Both the position numbers and the translations under genes were made by a program. Shown here piece after piece: positions 40,174 to 49,517 of a stretch of DNA of 64,000 bases. Each line of letters begins with the position of its first letter. Positions within the stretch are counted from its first letter, which is position 1. The stretch comes from Candidatus Poribacteria bacterium (GTDB lineage Bacteria > Poribacteria > WGA-4E > WGA-3G): assembly GCA_965205025.1 (NCBI GenBank), contig CBDBFU010000002.1, positions 128,001-192,000 on the forward strand. Reading direction: 5' to 3'. The notes beneath the pieces are model-generated. The model worked only from the letters and a program-made list of their open reading frames with translations, searched no databases and was not told the origin of the DNA.

Positions 40174-41727
40174 CTAAATTACACTGGGAAGAGATATTAT
40201 AAAAGCAGTTCCAGTTGAAAGGGTAGCATCCACTTCAATATTCCCCTCGTGTTCTGCTAAGATTTTACGGCTAATGTAAAGTCCAAGTCCTGTCCCCTTC
40301 TGTTTTGTAGTGTAAAAGGCATCAAATAGGTTCGGAATGTCAGTCTGTGAAATACCCTGACCTGTATCTTGTATCCTGATGTTAACTGTTTTGGTTTCTT
40401 TCTCGGTGTAAGTTTTAATTGTTAACGTCCCACCAGTTTCCATTGCTTCTATGGCATTAGAAAACAGGTTGAAGATAACCTGTGTTATTCCATCCTGATT
40501 TAGATATACGGATGGACATTCATCAAACTCACATATAACTTCAATATTGTGTCTATCTAATTCTGGTTGATAGGTGGCAAGACAATTATCAAGTAATTTC
40601 TGTATATCACATAGTTCTGCGTCTGTTGTTGCTGGTTTACCGAATGCAAGTAGTTGTTCTATAGATCGGTTTAACCGGTCTACCTCTTTTATAATTATTG
40701 AGGTATACTCAGCAATCTCTTCTTGTTCCTCTATTGGAAGTTTTTCAAATCTATCGAAAGGTTCGCTTAGAAGTTGTGTTGCCAATCGAATACTTCCGAG
40801 AGGATTTCTGACTTCATGAGCAATGGTAGTCACCAATTTTCCGAGTGCTGCTAAGCGTTCAGATTGAACTAAAGCATCAATCGTCTGCTGTATTTTTACT
40901 CTCTGTGCTATGATTGAAGCGATAATTTCCAACACCTGTAGATCTTCTGATGCTGAAAGTTCATCTTTTGCCTTGTCAATTCTTAGAGTTCCGATGATTT
41001 GTTCTTCAACAATTACTGGTAAACACCAGAAATCGATATTATCTTTCGATTCTACCTGTTCAGGTGGATATAGTTCTACTGAAGAGCGAGGAATCCGATA
41101 TTGTGGCACCCCACGCGCTTCACCATCTGCGAGTACTTTTCTCTCAATCTCCTCTATTTGGTGATCAGTTCCACGTTTTTGCTCTGCAGCGGTTAATCCT
41201 AAAATCACCTCAGCAGATGTTACCACCTCACCATCATCATAAAGGTTTAGTGTCCCGCGATAAATTCCGAGACGTTCCGATAAGATTTCAATAATCCGTT
41301 GAAAGAGTTCATCAAATTCGAGTGCATCATTGGCTGCTTGACTCACCTCAAAAACGATTGATAAATCCCGCACCCGTTTTTCCAATGTAGCGATATCAAT
41401 ACTGATTCTATCCATCTCTTTGGTTCGATTCAAACGTTGAATCTGCAATTGACGGATAGTTCTACCCAAGAGAAATGCTACAACGGGATATAGGAACGCT
41501 ATAGCAATACCTTCAACCTGTTGTGGAAATCGCAATACATAGACCCAATTAGCTATAGTTGTTAGTCCGAGGAGAATCTGTTGTTTACGTTGACTTGTAT
41601 AAAGAGCTGCCAACATTATCACACCATAATAGAGATGTGAAACAGTGAAATAATACTGATGCCATCCCGACACATAAACAATAATATTGACGCATATTAC
41701 ACCGAATGCTAATAATAAAGCTTTCAT
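40174..41727 (-). CDS. Membrane GAF-domain sensor histidine kinase (NtrB-like), likely cognate of the downstream NtrC-type regulator
   Basis: N-terminal TM helices, GAF, ERLAALG..IAHEVRNPL, NLFSNAIEA, DTGQG, FYTTK..GTGLGL. Confidence 0.9.
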   Translation of the reverse strand: MKALLLAFGVICVNIIVYVSGWHQYYFTVSHLYYGVIMLAALYTSQRKQQILLGLTTIANWVYVLRFPQQVEGIAIAFLYPVVAFLLGRTIRQLQIQRLNRTKEMDRISIDIATLEKRVRDLSIVFEVSQAANDALEFDELFQRIIEILSERLGIYRGTLNLYDDGEVVTSAEVILGLTAAEQKRGTDHQIEEIERKVLADGEARGVPQYRIPRSSVELYPPEQVESKDNIDFWCLPVIVEEQIIGTLRIDKAKDELSASEDLQVLEIIASIIAQRVKIQQTIDALVQSERLAALGKLVTTIAHEVRNPLGSIRLATQLLSEPFDRFEKLPIEEQEEIAEYTSIIIKEVDRLNRSIEQLLAFGKPATTDAELCDIQKLLDNCLATYQPELDRHNIEVICEFDECPSVYLNQDGITQVIFNLFSNAIEAMETGGTLTIKTYTEKETKTVNIRIQDTGQGISQTDIPNLFDAFYTTKQKGTGLGLYISRKILAEHEGNIEVDATLSTGTAFIISLPSVI

Positions 41728-41776
41728 GACTATTCGCTGTGAGTATCGGATTACGATTGATTCAAATAGATTAGGT

Positions 41777-42379
41777 CTACATTTTCAGGAAGTTTTCTAA
41801 CATTTTTAATCCGACACGTCCACTTTTCTCTAAATGAAATTGGGTAGCGATAAGGTTGTTATGTGCAATTGCACTACAGAATTCAAGACCGTAGGTAGTT
41901 TTTCCGATGATCGTTTCCTCCATCTCTGGAACAGGATAGTATGCGTTAACAAAATAGAAGTGTGCTGGGTTTGGTACATCTTCAAAGATGGTGTGAGATT
42001 GTATCTGTGCCACTTCATTCCATCCGATTTGGGGTACTTTAAGACGTTTTTGATTGGGGTATTTTTTGACATAACCGGGAAACAGACCGAGACATTCTGT
42101 ATCCTCTTCCTCACTATGTTGAAATAGGATTTGGATACCGATGCAGATACCTAACATCGGTTTACCGGATTCATAATATTTACGGAGGATATTGTCAAGG
42201 GAACGGTTCTGCAAGTTTTCCATTGTTGCTTTTGCGGCCCCAACACCGGGGAAAATAACCCGTTCTGCGTTTAAGATTGTTTCAGCATCATCGGTTATCG
42301 TGTTTTTGTATCCGAGTTTATCTAAAGCTCGAGCAACACTTGTAAGATTGCCTGCTTTGTAGTCTATTATTGCAATCAT
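41777..42379 (-). CDS. hisH: Imidazole glycerol phosphate synthase glutaminase subunit
   Basis: IAIIDY.AGNL.SV, PGVG, LGICIG.Q, VPQIGWN, TQFHLEKSG. Confidence 0.95.
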   Translation of the reverse strand: MIAIIDYKAGNLTSVARALDKLGYKNTITDDAETILNAERVIFPGVGAAKATMENLQNRSLDNILRKYYESGKPMLGICIGIQILFQHSEEEDTECLGLFPGYVKKYPNQKRLKVPQIGWNEVAQIQSHTIFEDVPNPAHFYFVNAYYPVPEMEETIIGKTTYGLEFCSAIAHNNLIATQFHLEKSGRVGLKMLENFLKM

Positions 42380-42537
42380 TTATGTTTTGCGGCTCCGAAA
42401 CGTTTATTTTTTAACATATCTACAGTGCTTCATAGATCGGGTAAAACTGCAGTGAATCACATTCGGAAATCCTTAAATTGATAGTAATAGGTTTTGCATA
42501 CGCTCTACCCGTCCTACTATATTCGTTCATTGAGTAT

Positions 42538-44283
42538 TTATTCATTTTGCTCAAGTGCTGTTTTCACCACTTCTCGATCTTCGACTGCTTTCACATGATT
42601 CGGGTTAAGACAGATTGCTTCATCAAAATCAGCAAGTGCATCATTATATTTCTCAAGCATGACTTTCACCAATCCTCTGTAATAGTATGCTTCAGTATGA
42701 TTCGAGTTGAGACGAATTGCTTCATCAAAATCAGCAAGTGCATGTTCGTATTTTTCAAGCTGAGCATATACGTATGCCCTATCATAATATGCTTCCGCAT
42801 TATTTAGATCAAGATTAATTGCTTTATCATAGTCTGCTAAAGCAGTGTTATATTCACCAAGATCTTTATTTGCTTTTCCTCGAAAAAAATGACCTTTGGC
42901 ATTTTCAGGTTCCAGACGAATTACTTGGTTAAAATCCGATAGTGCTTCAGTTGGTTTCCCAAGAACACCATGTGAATATCCGCGTAGATTATAGGCTTTT
43001 ACAAAAGCTGGATTTATCTGAATTGCCTTGTTGCAGTCGGCAATAACAACATCATGTTTATCTAATGAGTTGTTTGCAAGTGCACGGTTGAAGTAAGCAT
43101 TAGCAGAGTTAAGTCCTAACTTGATTCCTCTATCAAAATCGGTAATAGCAGATTGGTATCTGCCAAGTCGATTCTTAGTAATTCCTCTTGTGTAATATCC
43201 TTGAATAAAATCTGGGTTTAACTCAATGGCTTTATCAAAATCAGCAATTGCAGACTCGTGCTTATTCAACAGTGTCTTTACGATTCCTCTTAGATGGTAA
43301 GTATGGAAATAATCAGGATTCAATTCAATGGCTTTATCAAAATCAGCAATTGCGGATTCGTAATTATTTAATTGGATCTTCGCCAAGCCTTTACCGATAT
43401 ACGCTTCAGAATAATTCGATTTCAACCTAATAGCATCATCAAAATCAGGAATTGCAGATTTGTGTTGATTAAGTTGGCATTTCGCCATCCCTCTGCAGCA
43501 ATAGGCTTTTGCATAGCTTGGATTTAACTTAATCGCATGATCAAAATCGTATTTAGCAGATTTAACTTGACCAGATTTGCCCTTTGCACAACCTCTGTTA
43601 ACGTAAAGTTCGGCAAAATCAGGAGCAAAATCGATTGCTTTCCCCAAGTCAGAAATCGCTTCATCGTATTGGCAAAGTTCCTGCAGTAAGCCACCTCTAT
43701 TGTTATAGGCTACCCAAAAATTAGGTTTCAGTGTAATTGCCTTGTTATAAGCTGTAAGTGCTTTTTCATTTTGTTTCCCTTGATAAAGAAGGAAACCAAT
43801 TGCGAAGAAGGCATGCGCAGCGAGCTCATCTTCACTTCCGCTCTCTATTATTCCTTTCTCTGCCAATTTTGGAGATTGTTCTGTCAGTTTTGGAACATAA
43901 GTCTCCTCGTACTCGTTAATGAGACGGATAACCAATTCCATTAATGAAGCCAAGAGATGATTCTCGTTGTCCCCAACAGAATAGATTAATTCTTCAAGAA
44001 CATCATCAAGCCAGTCGTACTCATCTTCTGTCAAATTGACGATGCCGTAATGTCCGTGTTGGTTTCCAAAATTGATTAATCTATCTAACACCTCTACTAA
44101 CCATTGATAGGCACTTTCAGGATAGTTTGTGTATACAACACGGGTGGTCCGACGAATATCTATCGGTTCAGAAGTGGCGTACAATTGAGAACTATTCGGA
44201 ATCACATCGGATAACACGGGATTAAAACTTAAATCCTTTAGCATTGATGGTGTATTGAACGCTGACTGTATTTCCATCAACAT
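42538..44283 (-). CDS. HigA-like antitoxin N-terminal region fused to ~12 TPR repeats
   Basis: Starts 3 bp after the higB stop. Contains EDEYDWLDDVLEELIYSVGDNENHLLASLMELVIRLINEYEETY, then repeated AY.NRG..A..DFD.AI.LNP units. No HTH. Confidence 0.75.
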   Translation of the reverse strand: MLMEIQSAFNTPSMLKDLSFNPVLSDVIPNSSQLYATSEPIDIRRTTRVVYTNYPESAYQWLVEVLDRLINFGNQHGHYGIVNLTEDEYDWLDDVLEELIYSVGDNENHLLASLMELVIRLINEYEETYVPKLTEQSPKLAEKGIIESGSEDELAAHAFFAIGFLLYQGKQNEKALTAYNKAITLKPNFWVAYNNRGGLLQELCQYDEAISDLGKAIDFAPDFAELYVNRGCAKGKSGQVKSAKYDFDHAIKLNPSYAKAYCCRGMAKCQLNQHKSAIPDFDDAIRLKSNYSEAYIGKGLAKIQLNNYESAIADFDKAIELNPDYFHTYHLRGIVKTLLNKHESAIADFDKAIELNPDFIQGYYTRGITKNRLGRYQSAITDFDRGIKLGLNSANAYFNRALANNSLDKHDVVIADCNKAIQINPAFVKAYNLRGYSHGVLGKPTEALSDFNQVIRLEPENAKGHFFRGKANKDLGEYNTALADYDKAINLDLNNAEAYYDRAYVYAQLEKYEHALADFDEAIRLNSNHTEAYYYRGLVKVMLEKYNDALADFDEAICLNPNHVKAVEDREVVKTALEQNE

Positions 44284-44286
44284 AAT

Positions 44287-44610
44287 TTACCTCTTCCAGT
44301 TGCCTCTATCATATTCTTCGTGTGTGAGCACGTGCCTAATAGAAACTTCCTGTATTTTGTAATTAATGAATGCAATTAGGCGTACATCCCTACCAATGTT
44401 GAAAACTGTCAATGTTGTACTTTTCCCTGGAAGTGCAAACTTTCCCGCACGGACTCGGACCGGATCCGCTTGAGGAAATGTTTTACGCAAATCAATAATA
44501 GACTCAAATGTGCCTTCCTCCATTGATTCATACCATCCCTGAAGTCTTTGACTGACAGTTGAATGTCTTTTTGCAAATTTATCCAGTTTACTTCGTCCGA
44601 TGATACGCAT
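44287..44610 (-). CDS. higB: HigB-family toxin (RelE superfamily mRNA interferase)
   Basis: MRIIG..L..F...H..L..W..F....DLRKTFP.AD.V..VFNIG..RLIA.I.Y....V.IR.VLTHEEYD.G.WK. Confidence 0.88.
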   Translation of the reverse strand: MRIIGRSKLDKFAKRHSTVSQRLQGWYESMEEGTFESIIDLRKTFPQADPVRVRAGKFALPGKSTTLTVFNIGRDVRLIAFINYKIQEVSIRHVLTHEEYDRGNWKR

Positions 44611-44916
44611 TAGGTATTTTGAGAAGGAACCCTTTATATGTAATTGCGGTGTTTTTCAAAATTATTATACCATACTAAGACTTGGGTTGCCAAATAGGAG
44701 CAAATCAACGCTAAATACATGTGTACGGTATTTGGCAGATACACATAGCTTATAGAAATGTGATGGACTTCCCTCGGAACAATATGTGTCCAACAACGGA
44801 CTATAGACATATCGTCCTTACAGAACTAAGAAAAGTAGGAATGACACATTACTATAACATATCGTCCCTATCGTACTAAAGAGTGTTCTTCATTCTTTTT
44901 CTTATACCACATTTGT

Positions 44917-46353
44917 TTACTGTAACACTCCCTGTTCTTTCAATCGTGCGATGAGTTGTGCTTGTGTACCGTTGCCTTTGGTTGAATTACACGCCCCGCA
45001 GAGCAGTTGTAGGTTATCCTCGTGGTCTGTACCGCCTTGTGATTGTGGCACAATGTGGTCAATCGTCATGTTTCGAAACGGAAATTGCGTCCGGCATCCG
45101 TTACATAACCCTTCCTGCTTACCGAATAACGTATGCTTGTGTGTGCGGTAGTTGGGTAATTTTTCACTCCGTTTGGGGATGTCTGTGCGATGGACAACAT
45201 CTCCGAACATGCCAACCTCGTTCTCCAGTCGCACACGCACCAGATCAACTGCCTTTGGAGATATGTCAATACCGATCCAATGCCGTTGTAGTCGTTCCGC
45301 CGCGACGCAGGTTGTGGCACAACCACAGAATGGGTCTAACACGATATCCCCAGAATTGGATGATGCTTTGATGATGCGCTCTAATAACGCTACAGGTTTT
45401 TGCGTCGGGTAACCGACACGTTCTTTTGATTTACCTGAAAGCGGATTTATATCTGTGAAAACATCGTTGACCCTTCGTCCCTTTGACTTAGACAAATACC
45501 TTTTGAAACCTGGAACCCTACCCCTCGGTGGCCAGTAAATTAATCCATTCGCATCTAATGTATCTAACCTTTCCTGAACCGATAGGTTTTCATAGTTCTC
45601 AGGGCTTTGAACATCATCAGGCCATGCTTGCTTTTGGGGAACACTCCAATGTCTACCCACGTTAGTCGGATCCACATCACGCCAAGATTGCCCTGATTCA
45701 CCTTGACTGACTCCTGCTGCAGTTAGATCTCCAACTCGGTAGCGACCTTTTTCATCTTTGTAACGATAAAATTTTTCTATGTATTCCGGGTTATGTTCTA
45801 TGTAAATAGGATTCCATGTCGCTTTCTTTCCGTTGTTATAGGACAAAATTATGTCGTGAACCCTACCGAAACGATTACTGTCATTATGTGTATTTGTGCG
45901 TTGCCACACAATTTCATTCCTAAAGTTTTTCCTGCCAAACACAGCGTCCATTAGCGTTTTCAAATAGTGGCTTGCAGTCGGGTCGCAGTGTAGGTATATG
46001 CTGCCTGTCTTTTTAAGGACACGTTTCATCTCTAACAACCGCACCGCCATCATAATGAGATAAGACTTCATGCCTTTACCGTGTGTGAGTTCGGCGGCAT
46101 GAATCGCTTGATAGAGCGCGGGTTCTCGGTCTGCTATCTCTCCGTGCCATGCGTTGTCTATATCGGAGAGTGTCCATGTGTCTTTGAACGCAGCCCCCGC
46201 TGCCTCGCTCCCAATCGGCGCAGCATAGTTGCGGTTAGAGTTAAACGGCGGGTCAAGATAGATCAAGTCTATGGACTCGCTGTCTATTCCGCGTAGGACA
46301 GGTAGGTTGTCGTTTGAGAAAATGGTGCGGTTTTGGACGTTCATGGGTTTCAC
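44917..46353 (-). CDS. Beta-class N6/N4 DNA methyltransferase fused to a C-terminal HNH endonuclease
   Basis: DLIYLDPPF, YPTQKP, VLDPFCGCATT, then CNGC..IDHIVP..GG.DH..NLQLLCGACNSTKG. Alternative ATG at 46344. Confidence 0.88.
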   Translation of the reverse strand: MKPMNVQNRTIFSNDNLPVLRGIDSESIDLIYLDPPFNSNRNYAAPIGSEAAGAAFKDTWTLSDIDNAWHGEIADREPALYQAIHAAELTHGKGMKSYLIMMAVRLLEMKRVLKKTGSIYLHCDPTASHYLKTLMDAVFGRKNFRNEIVWQRTNTHNDSNRFGRVHDIILSYNNGKKATWNPIYIEHNPEYIEKFYRYKDEKGRYRVGDLTAAGVSQGESGQSWRDVDPTNVGRHWSVPQKQAWPDDVQSPENYENLSVQERLDTLDANGLIYWPPRGRVPGFKRYLSKSKGRRVNDVFTDINPLSGKSKERVGYPTQKPVALLERIIKASSNSGDIVLDPFCGCATTCVAAERLQRHWIGIDISPKAVDLVRVRLENEVGMFGDVVHRTDIPKRSEKLPNYRTHKHTLFGKQEGLCNGCRTQFPFRNMTIDHIVPQSQGGTDHEDNLQLLCGACNSTKGNGTQAQLIARLKEQGVLQ

Positions 46354-46414
46354 TGAAGTAGAGATTGATTCAAATTTGTCATTAAAGTCAATTTACTTTA
46401 ATAGGTATAGTATA

Positions 46415-46766
46415 AACATTCCGTCCCTACCAAATCAACGGTATGAATGCCATTTAGGCATTCCCCGGGACTCAGGATAAGTATTGCATAGTTTTTCTAT
46501 AAACATTCCGTCCCTACGGGACTCCATTTAGTGTATGATAACTTGTTATGTAATTGCAATAGTAGGTTTGTAGACATATCATAGAAAGAAATATATTCTA
46601 AAATTGACGCTTATGAATTAACGGTATGAATGCTATTTAGCATTCCCCGTGGTTAGGAAACCGCCAAATCAACGGTATGAATGCCTTAGGGCATTCCCCG
46701 TCTACAGGGTTTGGGAAATTAGAATTACCGAAATATTTTCTTAATCTTCATACAGTTTGTGCTACA
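46415..46766 (+). repeat. REP/MITE cluster with three single micro-element insertions
   Basis: Elements at 46431-46467, 46615-46649 and 46665-46700, inside CGTCCCTAC|GGGACT and GGTTAGGAAACCGC|..CTAC repeats. Confidence 0.8.
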
Positions 46767-46772
46767 AATGAA

Positions 46773-47003
46773 TTATTCAAAGAACTGAAGTTCTCTATCC
46801 TTGACGACCATTATAATCTGGTCATATAGTACGTCTCCGTCAGGATTGAAAGAGAACTTGCCTAACTTGCCTAAAATTGTAGGAATATCTGACGTTTTTG
46901 CGAGGGCGTCCTTAATGATAGTCGGATCTGTCGATTGTGCCACCTTAATTGCATTGGCAAGTACATAAAGGGTCACATACGACTGTGCCGCCCACGGTTC
47001 AGG
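46773..47003 (-). pseudogene. 3' remnant of a branched-chain amino-acid ABC substrate-binding protein gene, copy 2
   Basis: PEPWAAQSY..LYVLANAIKVAQSTD..IKDALA..GKFSFNPDGD..VVKD..F. No upstream part; near-duplicate of 47830-48060. Confidence 0.7.
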
Positions 47004-47020
47004 AGGCAGGTGTCAGTATA

Positions 47021-47431
47021 TTACCGATGATTATTACTCGGTCTTGGTGGAGGCGGGTCATTGAATTCTAAACCTTTTTTGATAGCGGCCTTTTTCCGTT
47101 TCTCCCAGTCGGCATACCATTCTTTGTAGGTTTCTTCGCGTCCCTGTTCAATACCCTGTTTAATGAGTCTGTCTCTTATTAACGTGTAGCGTATCATGAT
47201 AGCTCCTATTATCTCAAATGCCCCAATAACAACAAATATTGTATAATGAAAAAACGAGACTGATTCTTTCACAGTAACCTTAAGCGTCTCTAATATTGAT
47301 TCCGATGTTTGACTTTCATCTATCCAAATGATTACGGAATAGACCATTGTCGCGGTAAATATAATCAGTATCTCAAGAAATATCCAATCTACTCTCGCCG
47401 ATATCAACGGTGATCGTTCTTTTCTATTCAA
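47021..47431 (-). CDS. Hypothetical membrane protein
   Basis: Two TM segments followed by QGIEQGREE..WYADWEKR..PPPP tail. Confidence 0.6.
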   Translation of the reverse strand: MNRKERSPLISARVDWIFLEILIIFTATMVYSVIIWIDESQTSESILETLKVTVKESVSFFHYTIFVVIGAFEIIGAIMIRYTLIRDRLIKQGIEQGREETYKEWYADWEKRKKAAIKKGLEFNDPPPPRPSNNHR

Positions 47432-47586
47432 TTATTATTTCCCATCAAACTGTTACATACTTTAAAATATTATACCAAAATGTCTTGTAGTAAACAACTT
47501 GAGTTTGATATATGCTGGGATATAGCGATTTTCCCAAACCGGTATGTGGGATTAGGAAACCGCACCTATCGGGTTGGGAACATCCT

Positions 47587-47823
47587 AAATTGACGCTTAT
47601 GAATCAAGAAATCAACGGTATGAATGCCTTAGGGCATTCCCCGGGTATGAATGCTATTTAGCATTCCCCGTGGTTAGGAAACCGCCAAATCAAGGAATCA
47701 ACGGTATGAATGACATTTAGTCATTCCCCGGGTATGAATGCCTTAGGGCATTCCCCGCCTACCGGGTTTGGGAAATTAGAATTACCGAAATATTTTCTTA
47801 ATCTTCATACAGTTTGTGCTACA
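47587..47823 (+). repeat. Paralog of 46600-46766 in which both micro-elements are doubled (nested)
   Basis: 47601-47670: 2 heads plus 2 bodies; 47686-47757: 2 heads plus 2 bodies. Confidence 0.85.
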
Positions 47824-47829
47824 AATGAA

Positions 47830-48213
47830 TTATTCAAAGAACTGAAGTTTTCCATCCTTGACGACCATTATAATCTGGTCATATAGTGCGTCTCCGTCAG
47901 GATTGAAAGAGAACTTGCCTAACTTGCCTAAAATTGTAGGAAAATCTGTCATTTTGTGCAAGTACGTCCTTAATAATTGTCAGATCTGTCGATTGTGCCA
48001 CCTTAATTGCATTGGTCAGTACATAAAGCGTCGCATACGACTGTGCCGCCCACGGTTCAGGTTGAATACCATATTTCGTCTGATAATTTCGAACGAAGGT
48101 TTGGTTTCCGGGTGGGTCAGATGTATTAGACCATCCACTAAAACCTATTGTCCCTTCGGCGGCATCGCCAGCCTTTTTGACTTCATTCATAGTTAGATCA
48201 GGAACAATAGTGC
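47830..48213 (-). pseudogene. 3' remnant of a branched-chain amino-acid ABC substrate-binding protein gene, copy 1 (frameshift ~47952-47955)
   Basis: AGDAAEGT..FV.NYQ.KYG..PEPWAAQSY. Begins directly after the stop of the upstream gene. Confidence 0.7.
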
Positions 48214-48214
48214 T

Positions 48215-48859
48215 TTAACGTCTCTCCTTTCCCTTCTTATTCATGAAAAAATGCATCCCCAAACCCCAGCAGAAGCCTGCTACCAACCAGAGTGGCAACT
48301 GAAAAACAAACAACATCATCAAATCCCACTCTTCTCCATTCAAGACATTCCACACCTCCGGAATAACCCCCATAATCAACCACATCAATCCACCCCAAAA
48401 GAAAATGCCTCTCAAATACCAATTTATGTCCACGGCTTGAATCAACGGACGTTCAAGAACTTTTGCCAATCTTGCTTTTTCTTTCTCTATCCATCTATAG
48501 CGGAAGAACCGAGCAGGAAAATACCACAGTGGATAGGTAACCGCCAAGACAGCATAACTACTAATGCTCCATAGACACGGAATTATTTGATAGCAATTTG
48601 GACAAATAAACCCAAACCAATGTCCAAATGCATTTCCTTTACTCCATATACGACCATCATTTAGTGTTTCACAGTGAGGGCATGGAATATAATTTCGCTC
48701 AGCAAAAGGTGCATCGCTCTCTTTGTCTATCAACGTCACCTTTGGGAGTCGTTGTCCCAAAATCAGTTCGTTGATTATAATAACCGGATTCAATATCCAG
48801 AATAAGACCAGAGGGTGAGATAGTGTCCATATTTGGTATCTGTTTTTGTCGTATTGCAT
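48215..48859 (-). CDS. Hypothetical membrane protein with CxxC..CxxC zinc ribbon
   Basis: CPHC..CPNC; several Trp-rich TM helices. Confidence 0.65.
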   Translation of the reverse strand: MQYDKNRYQIWTLSHPLVLFWILNPVIIINELILGQRLPKVTLIDKESDAPFAERNYIPCPHCETLNDGRIWSKGNAFGHWFGFICPNCYQIIPCLWSISSYAVLAVTYPLWYFPARFFRYRWIEKEKARLAKVLERPLIQAVDINWYLRGIFFWGGLMWLIMGVIPEVWNVLNGEEWDLMMLFVFQLPLWLVAGFCWGLGMHFFMNKKGKERR

Positions 48860-48969
48860 CGGAGTTAATCTCCATCAAATGTATTTGTATTCCAAATAGC
48901 GCGGGGTTTAGCGTCTCTCTACAGATTTGTTGTCAACGGAGTAGCGTTTGTTTATTCATGACTTTCAAA

Positions 48970-49455
48970 TTAACTTGATAGTGTCTGCAGTTGTTTATGA
49001 AGGTTCGCCATTTCAATTGCGGTTACGGCTGCTTCTGCCCCTTTATTTCCTGCTTTTGTCCCCGCACGTTCAATAGCCTGCTCAATTGTATCTGTAGTAA
49101 TAACACCATAGATAACCGGAATACCTGTCTGTAATGAAACTTGTGAAATACCTTTTGCACTCTCACCTGCTACATAATCGAAATGGGGTGTGGCTCCACG
49201 TATTACTGCCCCGATACAGATAAGTGCATCATATCGTCCACTTTCAGCAAGTTGTTTAGCAATACTTGGAGTTTCAAATGCTCCGGGTATCCACACTACA
49301 TCAACGTCATCCAAATTACCTCCGTGACGTTTGAAGGCATCAAGTGCTCCATCCAAGAGTTTAGTTGTAATAAAACTGTTGAATCGGCTTACAATAATAC
49401 CGATTTTAAGCTCTGTACTATTCAAATTACCTTCATATATATTTGGCATATTCAT
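48970..49455 (-). CDS. ribH: 6,7-dimethyl-8-ribityllumazine synthase
   Basis: [33 protein letters not shown]. Confidence 0.96.
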   Translation of the reverse strand: MNMPNIYEGNLNSTELKIGIIVSRFNSFITTKLLDGALDAFKRHGGNLDDVDVVWIPGAFETPSIAKQLAESGRYDALICIGAVIRGATPHFDYVAGESAKGISQVSLQTGIPVIYGVITTDTIEQAIERAGTKAGNKGAEAAVTAIEMANLHKQLQTLSS

Positions 49456-49517
49456 TTCCTACGAATTTTCAACCTCAGAGTTGCTTAAGAATTGGTAATT
49501 TCTCCACTCAGACTCCA

